Shown here: positions 11,991-22,039 of the stretch, one piece after another | How positions within the stretch are numbered: the first letter of the stretch is position 1 | Layout of the letters: each line of letters starts with the position of its first letter | Assembly (NCBI RefSeq): GCF_006345805.1 | Contig: NW_021834867.1 | Location: forward strand, 1-44,679 | DNA from: Octopus sinensis | Lineage: Eukaryota | Length of the DNA: 44,679 bases | Reading direction: 5' to 3' | Notes under the pieces: generated by a model | Databases searched by the model: none | The model's input: only the letters and a program-made list of their open reading frames with translations | Told to the model about the DNA's origin: nothing | Program-made: the position numbers and the translations under genes

Positions 11991-12146
11991 GACAGGCTTT
12001 TCGCAGTTTCCGATTAGCAAATTCTCTCACAAGGTTTTGTTTAGCTTGAGGTTATACTAAGACATTTTCCCAAGTTTCCACAGAGTGGGACTGAACCCTG
12101 AACCATGTGGTTGGGAAGCAAATTTCCTTGTTGCTGCACACCACGC
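11988..12146 (-). mobile_element. 5' half of the internal-microsatellite SINE
   Basis: GTGGGACTGAACCCTGAACCATGTGGTTGGG matches the head of 44212-44542 in reverse. Confidence 0.75.
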
Positions 12147-12416
12147 ATTCATCTAAACACAACCCCACCGGTGGATGAAATTTTGGAAAGACACATTAGT
12201 CGATGGTGCAGATCGAGAATATGCCGATAGAATTTACGAAATAGTGACCTATGTTTACTGGAAATATACGGATGAGAAATTTGTGTTATTTAATTTCATA
12301 CTTTTATTCTTTTATTCTATTATTTGTTTTAGCCATGCGACTGCGGTGATGCTGGGGCACCATCGTTGTAAGGGAATAATATTTTTCCTTTACACAGTTA
12401 ATATAGATATCGAAAG

Positions 12417-12589
12417 AGTGGCGGGCTGGCAGAATTGTCTCTACGTTTTGAGTTCAAATTTTGCTGATGTCGACTTAACCTCTCAAATTTTCGGGGTCGA
12501 TAAAGTAAGTACCAGTTAAATACTAGGGCAGATGTAATCGATGTAAACCCTTCCCGAAATTGCTGGCCCTGTGCCAATGTTTGAAACCA
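12417..12589 (+). mobile_element. Meta-like SINE, third tail type
   Basis: GAGTTCAAATT, CGGGGTCGATAAAGTAAGTACCAG, and tail GCTGGCCCTGTGCCAATGTTTGAAACCA. Confidence 0.75.
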
Positions 12590-12614
12590 ATATTAATTTC
12601 ATCGACTTACGCGA

Positions 12615-12900
12615 AGGCACGTGGTATAGTGGATTGGCTATTCGGCTCAGGAATACCCAAACCAAAGAATGTGTCTTGAGCATGACTCTTCATATGTAGC
12701 TCCATCTATTGAGCTGGCAAGAATGAATGATACCTGTAAAATCGAACGACAAGCCTTTTCATATTCTGTGTCATGCTGAATCTCTCACAGAACTACGTTA
12801 AGGATACGTGTAGGTTTGAGGGATGTTCAGCCACTTGTCAGTTAATTCACGAGCAGGCTTCTCCGTTGGTCGCATCAACTGGAACGACAGTGTGCCAATC
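12615..12900 (+). mobile_element. Old tRNA-headed SINE with long tail
   Basis: Degenerate A-box GTGGTATAGTGG, then a tail containing GAACTACGTTAAGG and TTAATTCACGAGCAGGC. The family link is from recall only. Confidence 0.45.
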
Positions 12901-12973
12901 ATTTTATATAAACACCAAGATATATAACATTTTAAATCATAATTGTCGTACGTAAGCTATATATCTTGATATA

Positions 12974-13705
12974 CAGGGTGGAGCAGGAAGGACGGTCGTT
13001 TTTGAAAAATTCATAAAATCATTAAATTTAGCTGCAAACAAATTCTGTTGACATCATTGTATTTGTATTGAATTAGCATTTGTCAAAATCAAGTGTGAAA
13101 GACAACATCCGTCATGTGGTGTCCGTTTTCATTGCTGCATTTCTGAAGGTGTTCTTGGAAGTTGGCCTCCGCTCTCACTAAGATTTCTCTGTACATAGTC
13201 CCATGGTTTCCACTGTTGCCCAATGATGAATTTGTACCGGTGGAAATGCAGGTCTTCATGCAAAATACGCCTTATCGATCGATTACCGATGCCAAATTCA
13301 GTGGAATGCCTCAGAGCAGACCGATTCGGACTCCATATGAAAACTTGTTCGACGTGTTCCACATTTTCCGGGTTCTGTACCCTTTGTAGCTCCCTCCCTG
13401 GTTTTCATTTCATTAGTGTACCTCGATACGAAGTGCATTCACCTAACGTAAGATTGTGTTACGTCTGGGAACAGCCTGATTTCGGTGAAACTCAAGCTGA
13501 ATTACTGTGATAGACACGTTATTCTTCACGTAAATGTCGTAAGCAAACACGCGATGCTCTATCGTCCACCGCACCATGACATCACCTGAAAAGAAAAAGA
13601 ATGCGAAGACGCTACAAACCGAATGGTACCTGTCAGACATATGACCCGCTCCTGGGGCTGAGTAATAGTCACGTCAAAAACATCCATCCTCTCTGATCCA
13701 CCCTG
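12974..13705 (-). mobile_element. Internally deleted Tc1/mariner element (maT/DD37D-like N-terminus)
   Basis: 32-bp TIRs CAGGGTGGAGCAGGAAGGACGGTCGTTTTTGA / CAGGGTGGATCAGAGAGGATGGATGTTTTTGA (26 of 32 identical) with TA on both sides. Minus-strand remnants MVRWTIEHRVFAYDIYVKNN and SPNRSALRHSTEFGIGNRSIRRILHEDLHFHRYK. No DDD domain. Confidence 0.85.
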
Positions 13706-14404
13706 TATAACTCATTTGTTACCATATTTCTGTTGATATACACTGTCGGTCTTTCAGTTCTTTATGACAATAATGAAGAATTAATATCATATCATTGTCC
13801 TTATTAAGCTACTCTTGGTGATTATCAGGAAATTTTCGTGGAAGGTTTTAATTTAGACTAATTTAAAACAAGATTGTATCATGAAAACAGGGATTATCTT
13901 GGGTTAGTTTTTATCTGAATCTTCAGATACGCTTGATAGCCTCGAGAGACTTACTTCAAATCTAGGATTCGTCTTAATGTAGAGAAACGCTGTATCTCTC
14001 AATATTCTTTCATTCTCTCTCAAACAGTCGTCGATCCCTGAAATATAAATGCCATGGATATAGCATTGATGTCTAAAGTATGTTGTCTCTTTCTGTTCGT
14101 TTGTTGTATTATTATGGAGGAATTTGGTTTATTCGAAATATGCCTGCTTACCTGTAATTTGGTAAACACGTTATGGACCCATTTGACACTCACCATTGCC
14201 ATCTCTTTCAGCCTTCACGAGTTAATTCCAAGTTTCTGAGACATTGTAATAGTTCATATTAAAGTATTTTACCTCAGCAGCGTTGCAACGGTCGAATATG
14301 AAAATTGTGTGTTTGTGTGCAGAAATACATACACACATACATATGCATAAATTATGTGTGTGTGTGTGCATGTATGTGCATATATATATATATATAATTT
14401 ATAG

Positions 14405-14500
14405 AAAAATAAAAGACGTAAACAGGTGTATGAACAATGTGCATGTGAAGGTGAGAAAGTCCTTTTATGTTTCGAGTCTACGCTCTTCAACAGAAAGAAA
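14405..14500 (-). mobile_element. Family-B short repeat, partial, with a hammerhead-like motif at 14461-14498
   Basis: The minus strand reads TCTTT-CTGTTGA-A-GAGC-GTAG-ACTC-GAAA-CATA-AAAGG. Flanked by TA-rich repeats. Confidence 0.75.
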
Positions 14501-14506
14501 TATATG

Positions 14507-14582
<76 letters not shown>

Positions 14583-14583
14583 C

Positions 14584-15422
14584 ACTAGCAGCATATCCCG
14601 GCGTTGCCCGGGTATGTAAGAGCCCCTAGTAGGCAGCGACTAATCCCAATCTAGTCCTTTCCCTCTAGGGAACGAAGGCGCATGTGTAGGTTGCAATGTC
14701 TTCTCTTCACTCGAATACTTCTGTGTATACGATGTTCCTAGCTATCCCTTTGGGTGGAAACATGAAAACATTATTGCGCCTCCCAAGAGAGTTAAAAAGG
14801 TCGAGTGGCGTCCCCTAGACAGTCTGTGGTTTGTGTTTAATACACAAATCGGTTTGCTATGTGTGCCACATATGATTTAATTAACCGATTTTTTCCAGTA
14901 ATAAAGTATCCTATTGGAATAAAAAGGGCCATATAGCTCCTTGGAGCAGACATGATGCTCGCTGTGAATTTAAAAAAGAATTCCTGCCAATTTGTGAAAG
15001 ATATTGTCGAAAATATGTCATCTTGAATTTGAACGCGATTTCCCAAAATGGCATGATTTTATCGATTTTTTCTGATGGTAAGGTATTGCATGGAAAACTA
15101 ACGTCAGAATTAAGTGTCTTAGGGTAACATTAAGCTTCACCATTAGTTTGGTGAAAATCGATTGCAAGTTGCGAAAACTACAACAGAAAATGTGTTGCAT
15201 ATAAAAAGCTTAGATTCTCGACCCCATGTCGAATTTATCAATTTTTTTCAGAACTGGGGGAACTTTTCAAAATTGTCGCTGCGTTAGTTTTGAATTATGA
15301 TATTGGGCTATGTGTGTGTCAAGTTTCATCAGAATCGGTTGAAAGCCGTGGTCAGGGTGAGGGTACAACCTGACAGACACACAGACACACAGACAGACAA
15401 ACTGCCGTTTATATATAGAGAG
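14584..15422 (+). mobile_element. Non-autonomous Helentron/DINE-1-like (Helitron-type) element
   Basis: Starts ACTAG with a 5' hairpin CCCGG-CGTTGC-CCGGG (14597-14612). The 3' region has AAGTTTCATCAGAATCGG, then (CAGA)/(CACA) repeats, then TTTATATATAGAG. It sits between simple repeats. This architecture is typical of invertebrate HINE-type elements. Confidence 0.6.
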
Positions 15423-15569
15423 ACGTATGCATATATATATATAATATAATATAATATGTATATAAACATATATAATATGTATGTTTATATATATATATAT
15501 ATATATAATATATAATATATATATAATTTGTATATATGTATGTATGTATGTGTATATATATATCTATAT

Positions 15570-15614
<45 letters not shown>

Positions 15615-15616
<2 letters not shown>

Positions 15617-15827
15617 TCACCATGTTGATTCGCTAGCTTCTGCACGCATTTTTTCTCTCCTTGCTTCTTTCCGTGTTTCTTTTCTGTGTATCTTTCTGTT
15701 GAAGAGCGTAGGCTCGAAACGTAAAAGACTTGTTTTATTTATATTCCTGAGCGCCATACTAATACAATTGTTTATTTGTATTCCACCTGCCTTCGTCTTT
15801 TGTTTATTTTCATAAAGCTTCCCGTTA
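15615..15827 (+). mobile_element. Family-B short repeat flanked by (TA)n
   Basis: Homologous to 11726-11950, 14405-14500 and 38505-38698. Confidence 0.8.
15691..15728 (+). ncRNA. Minimal type-I hammerhead-like motif, family B (A6U core variant)
   Basis: TCTTT-CTGTTGA-A-GAGC-GTAG-GCTC-GAAA-CGT-A-AAAGA. Helix I TCTTT/AAAGA, helix II GAGC/GCTC, palindromic helix III ACGT, GUA triplet. Confidence 0.6.
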
Positions 15828-17129
15828 TATATATATATATATATACATGTATATACATAAAGATAGATAGCTGTAGATACAGATATAGATAGACAGATAC
15901 ATAAGTACATACACGTATATATGTGGGAGTGCGTGTGAATGCATGTGGGCACGTGAGTGTGTGTGTCAAAGAGAGAGTGTTTGTGAGAAAGAGAGTGAGA
16001 GAGAGAAAGTGTGTGTTTGTGTGTGTGCGTACGCATACAATTATATAACTGATTTAAAGTTTTGTGAGCGCGTAAGAGATGTTCGGAGTGAGAATGAAAC
16101 AGCTCTTAAATCTAGTCCAACAAAACAACGCGTCGTGTGTGACTTTATTTCACTCACATGTATACATATAGTATATACGCATACATATATATATATACAT
16201 ACATAATATATACACACACACACACATATATATATACACACACATATATACATATATATGTATATGTGTGTGCATGTACATATGTATATGTGCGTGTGTG
16301 TCTGCCTGTATAATGCATACATGCATATATGTATATGCATATATATATATAAATACATATGATTATATACATATATATGTATATGTGTGTGCATGTACAT
16401 ATGTATATGTGTGTGTGTGCCTGTATAATGCATACATGCATATATGTATATGCATATATATTATAAATACATATGTATATATAAGTATGTATGTATATAT
16501 ACATATGTATAAATATTTGATTACATACAAGTATATATGTACATATATGTGTGAGTGTTTTTGTGTGTGTATGTGCGTGTGTGAGTGTGTGTGCACGTGT
16601 GTGTGTATGAAAAACGCGTGGAGTATGTTAGAATCGTTAGAGCGCCGACTAGGAAGCCTAGTGGTTTGTTCTGATTTGAGAGACCACTTACTAAATCTCA
16701 TTGCAAGAAGTGAAGGGTTTCAGTCTCCATGACCGCGCACCAGATGGTAAGAGTGAGCGAGAGCGCGGCTCCAAAGGGGAGTAAGTCATAAACAGAAACA
16801 CGCACGCACACTCACAAACACACACACACACACATACGCCCTCCACCCACACGCACTCAGATGTATTTCTGTGTGTCTGTGTTTGTCTAATATATTTATG
16901 TATATTATATATATATGGCATATTAATACTGTGTGTATGTGTGTACAAAGCATAGAAAGCAATATACATACCGTGTCTAATTTGGCCTATGGCTGTCCAT
17001 AAAAAATAATACGAGTTGCGGATTCAGTTATTGTTCTTGATGCTGGTGTTGTTGGAGTTGCCGGTGTTGGGGTGGGTGGTTATGTAGTCTTGGTAGTCGT
17101 GGTAATGGTGGTTAAGTCTTGCGTTGGTG

Positions 17130-17142
17130 CAGTAAATTATTA

Positions 17143-17201
<59 letters not shown>

Positions 17202-17485
17202 GTTGTTGTTGTCGTTGTTGTTATTATTATTATTATTATTGTTATTGTTGTTGTTATTATTATTATCATTATTATTATAATAATTATTATTGTTGTTGTT
17301 GTCGTTGTTATTATTATTATTATTGTTGTTGTTATTATCATTATTATCATTATCATATTATTATTATTATTTCTATTATTATCATTATCATTATTGTTGT
17401 TGTTGTTATTATTATTATTAAATTATTATTATTATTATTATTATTATTGTTATTATTATGATTGTAATTATTATTATTCTTGTTG
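17130..17485. repeat. (TTA)/(TTG) compound microsatellite
   Basis: Read directly from the sequence. Confidence 0.9.
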
Positions 17486-17866
17486 TTTGTTATTCGGCAA
17501 AAAAGCATCCTAATAATATAATCGAATGCAGTGGTTAATTGGGCGGAAAAAAGCAATTGCAGGGTATTGGTGTCGCTAAAGTGTACAAGCGAAAGATAAA
17601 AGTAACGGAGTGGTGGGGTTTCTATATCGGGAACAGCAGATCGACAGAATGAAAACCAAAAAAACAAAAAAGAAGAAAAAAATACAGAAATGAGAAGAAA
17701 AAAAAAGGAAAGAAAGAAAACAAACAAAATAAACAATTATAGCAAAGAACAATTATATGAAAGAGGATAATGTTGTCACAAATACAAACTATGCGCTTAA
17801 CAAAAGTGCATGGAGATGCTCAGGAATAGAAAGAGAGAGAGAGAGAGACAGAGAGACAGAGAGAGT

Positions 17867-17913
<47 letters not shown>

Positions 17914-18241
17914 AAAGGAGTGTGGTGTTATCATAGGCTGAAAGACAGACATTGATGCAGGAAGGCAGACAGACAGACAGACGGGCAGGCAGGCATGCAT
18001 GCAGACGAGTGTTTGGAGAACAGAGTGGAATGCATGAAGAGAAGATTTCGGGATTGTTTTTCCATGGAACTGTTACGCTGATTATCTATTGACCATCATA
18101 ATACTTTTCTGATAAGCATTTTATGTATACATCTATGAGTATAATATTTTCAAGAACACACAGTACATGTATGTATGAATGTTTATGAAAATGTACACAC
18201 ACAATAGGTTCCTCCATATGTGTATATATATGTGAGTGTGT

Positions 18242-18281
<40 letters not shown>

Positions 18282-18600
18282 ATATATATATATGTTTATA
18301 TGTAAGGATACATGTGTGGGTGTACATAGCAACACTCCTACTATTGAAAGACAAACCCTCTCAAACCCTCTTTTTCCTTCTCTCTTTCCATTTCTTACAA
18401 GGGTCACCTAAAAAATACTAAAAGACCCATAAAAAGAAAAAAGAAAAGAAAGGAAAAATACACAGTCTTAAAACACACACACCCATACTCTCTCTTTCAC
18501 CTTCTCCCTCCCTCTATTCCCCATTATATACACACACACACTCTCTCTCTCCACTTCATTTACCAATAATATAAATACAGGCAAAACTTTACAAACTGAC

Positions 18601-18641
18601 ATTTCTGATGAAACTACAGAAGTAGTTGAAAGTACTAATAT
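18601..18641 (+). ncRNA. Minimal type-I hammerhead-like motif, family D (canonical core)
   Basis: ATTT-CTGATGA-AACTAC-AGAA-GTAGTT-GAAA-GTAC-T-A-ATAT. Perfect 6-bp helix II, palindromic helix III AGTACT, CUA triplet. Helix I is weak (3 of 4 pairs). Confidence 0.7.
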
Positions 18642-18728
18642 AAAGAAATAATATGTGATATGTAAATAAATATATATTTTTACAACCATCCAGCATTCTG
18701 AACACCTTTTTTCTTTCATATATATATG

Positions 18729-18925
18729 ACTTGTTTCAGTCATTTGACTGCGGCCATGCTGGAGCACCGCCTTTAATCGAGCAAATCGACCCCGGGACTT
18801 ATTCTTTGTAAGCCTAGTACTTATTCTATCGGCCTCTTTTGCCGAACCGCTAAGTGACGGGGACGTAAACACACCAGCATCAGTTGTGAAGCAATGCTAG
18901 GGGGGACAAACACAGCCACACAAAC
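18729..18925 (-). mobile_element. 3' half of the internal-microsatellite SINE
   Basis: Near-identical to 3017-3210. Confidence 0.85.
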
Positions 18926-18970
18926 ACACACAAACACACACACACACACATATACATATATACATATATA

Positions 18971-19158
18971 CCGTTGGCGATTATTTTTTCCTCTGTCTTC
19001 TCTTCTCTGGATCTTTCCTTCTCCTTTGTTTCCGACGAAGAGCTCCGCTCGAAACGTTAAACCCTCCTTCTTTCCTTCTTTCCTGAGCGTCCAATAATAC
19101 TATATTTGTTCCCGTCCTCGCGTTGTTATGTTTTTTTATGCTTTCTTGTTTGGATAAC
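18971..19158 (+). mobile_element. Family-C short repeat in (TA)n, with a hammerhead-like motif at 19028-19062
   Basis: GTTT-CCGACGA-A-GAGC-TCC-GCTC-GAAA-CGT-T-AAAC. The downstream CCTGAGCG resembles family B. TA repeats on both sides. Confidence 0.65.
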
Positions 19159-19179
19159 TATATATATATATATAATATA

Positions 19180-19214
<35 letters not shown>

Positions 19215-19227
19215 TATATATATATAC

Positions 19228-19315
<88 letters not shown>

Positions 19316-19516
19316 CATAATATATATATATAATATATAATATATATAATATATATATGTTATATATAACAATATTATATATATATATATTATATATATA
19401 TATCATGTATTATTATACATATAATATATATAGTATATATGTATATATATATACATATAATATATATATATATATGAATATATATCTATATATATAATAT
19501 ATATATATTATATATG

Positions 19517-19564
<48 letters not shown>

Positions 19565-19606
19565 CATATATACATATACATACGTACATATATATACATA
19601 TACACT

Positions 19607-19645
19607 GTGAGTGGTTATTGTAGACGAAACTGAAAGAAGTCCGTC

Positions 19646-19684
<39 letters not shown>

Positions 19685-19884
19685 TGTTTTTGGTTGTCTG
19701 TTTTGTCCCCCTTCATCGCTTTTCAACCGATGTTGGTGTGTTTACGGCCCCATAATTTTGCTGTTCGGCAAAAGAGACCTATAGAATAAGTCCTGGGGTG
19801 GAGTTGTACGACTAAAGTTGGTGCTCCAGCATGGCCGCCGTCAAATGACTGAACCCAATTTAAACAATAAAAACATAAAAGAAT
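19607..19884 (+). mobile_element. Internal-microsatellite SINE, 5'-truncated
   Basis: GAAACTGAAAGAAGTCCGTCG, then (TA)n, then GGTGCTCCAGCATGGCCGCCGTCAAATGACTGAA. Confidence 0.85.
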
Positions 19885-19981
19885 CGACTATATCAATCAC
19901 GATGTATTATTGGTATTAATTCCAATTTTACATTATTTGACTTGGAATGTTTATTGACATATAAAAAAATTTGTTTTGCAG

Positions 19982-20077
19982 TGTTATTCGAAAACTATGT
20001 AGACGGGAAGATATATCGGTCTGCTGCAAGAGATTTTCGTTTCAGAAAAGATGGTTCTTGATTTTAGTAACTGACCG
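19982..20077 (+). CDS. Candidate 96-nt internal exon, unknown product
   Basis: Acceptor TTTGTTTTGCAG, donor CG|GTAAAT, one open frame (VIRKLCRREDISVCCKRFSFQKRWFLILVTD), symmetric phase. No homology recognised. Confidence 0.2.
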
Positions 20078-20383
20078 GTAAATATCAGGAGGTACTTATT
20101 GATGCGATTGACTCGAGTGCTTCTGTGATTCTTTAACATACGAACGCTGGATGGAACAGAAGCAAACCTGACTTGAACACTGAATCTAGAGACATCTTAC
20201 CTAACGATTTTGCAAAGGTCGCCATCTTTAGTGTTAGAGAATTGATACAAGCGAGATTTATTTCTCTCATTAACGACATGTGTGTGATATTTTGAAAAAT
20301 TATCTTTTTAACATTCTATTTTCTTTCGGAGAAATAAAGACACCTGCAAATTAAGGCAGTAATAAAACACACACACGCACACA

Positions 20384-20452
<69 letters not shown>

Positions 20453-20638
20453 ACACATATCTATATACAAAAACGTGAGAGCGAAAAGCAAAATGGTGAA
20501 GGAAAAAGAAAACCGTAACAAGTAGGAAAAGATAGAGCAGAAACATTATGTGTATATGTGTGCATTCATATATATATATATATATATGTGTGTGTGAGCG
20601 TGTGTCTGTCCGTTTGTGTATGTGTGAGTGCAGGAACT

Positions 20639-20687
<49 letters not shown>

Positions 20688-20844
20688 ATATTATGTATAG
20701 ACATATTGATAAACTGATAGATGCGTATATATATACTTAGGTGTATACATAAAAACACATAGACGCTCATAATTAAATTCATATATATATACATTCATAT
20801 ATATATATATATACGTATCTATCGGTTTATCAATCTGTCTATAC

Positions 20845-20875
<31 letters not shown>

Positions 20876-21656
20876 AGTGTGTGTGTATAATGTATAATGT
20901 ATATATATGTATATATATATTATATATATATATATAATATATATATAATATAATATATATATATATATATATATGCATATATATGAAACACAGGAAAAAT
21001 CACAGTGAAAAAATATATTTACAGAAAAAAATTCGAATATATAACATTAAAAATAAAACAGTAAAAATAATAACATAATAAAGGAGAAAAAACACCCACA
21101 AAAAATAACCAAGAAAAAAAACACACAAAAAATAACCAAGAAAAAAAAAACATCGCGAATAATTTCGGCTAAATTTCTTGAAGATAAGGAAAACTAGTAG
21201 AGAATTGTGAATATCCGAAACATTAGCAAATTGTGTTAAGTAGAGAGAGACCTAAGATAAACATTTGTTACTAAACAGATAAAAGTATAATTTTGCTGTT
21301 GTTGTTGTTGTTTTTGTTGTTTTTGTTCTTGTTGTTGTTGTTGTTGCTAGTGTTGTTTTCGATGCTGTTTGTTGGTGTCGGCGTCGTCGTTGCTGTTATC
21401 ATTGTTGTTGCTGTTGTTGATGTCGGTGCTGTAATTGTTGTTGTTGTTGCTGTTGTTTTTGTTGCTGTAATTACTGGTAAATAAAATAGTTGATTTTGTT
21501 TGTTTAGCGTCGGTATGATGGTGAAGACACGTGGCTAAGCAGTTAGGGTATCAGGATCACGATCGTAAAGTCATGAGTTCGATTCCTGGCGGGTAGCAAG
21601 ACTCATTCCCCACACTGTGACCATTTCACACTCCTGTCAAAAATGACTAGTACCTG

Positions 21657-21884
21657 TTATTCTTTACTACCACAAGGGGCTAAACACAGAGACGACAACA
21701 AGGACGACAAAACGGATTAAGTCGTTACATCGACCCCAGTGCGTAATTAGTTACTTATTTAATCGACCCCGAAAGGATGAAAGGCAAAGTCGACCTCGGC
21801 GGAATTTGAACTAAGATACGTAACGCAGACGAATACCGTAAGCATTCGCCCGGCGTGCTAACGTTTCTGCCAGCTCGCCGCCTT
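21657..21884 (-). mobile_element. Full-length Meta-like SINE
   Basis: Head GGCGGCGAGCTGGCAGAAACGTTAGCACGCCGGG, core and tail are all present. It has several 1-bp deletions relative to other copies. Confidence 0.9.
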
Positions 21885-22039
21885 CAAAATGGTGTAAGAA
21901 GGAAAATTCAGAGCTCCGAAATCTATCCAAACATCGAAAACAAGGACATCCTATGGAGCCAAAGTTTTGCTAACAAAGAATTGGACTTATCCGAGTAAGT
22001 AATACTAATTGAAATTTATTACTATTTTCGAAACGAAAT

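Noticed and set aside
19981-20060. Peptide LFENYVDGK resembling Rho GTPase VFENYVADIEVDGK
   Set aside because: Five residues are missing, there is no similarity afterwards (no WDTAG), and a stop follows. Treated as chance.
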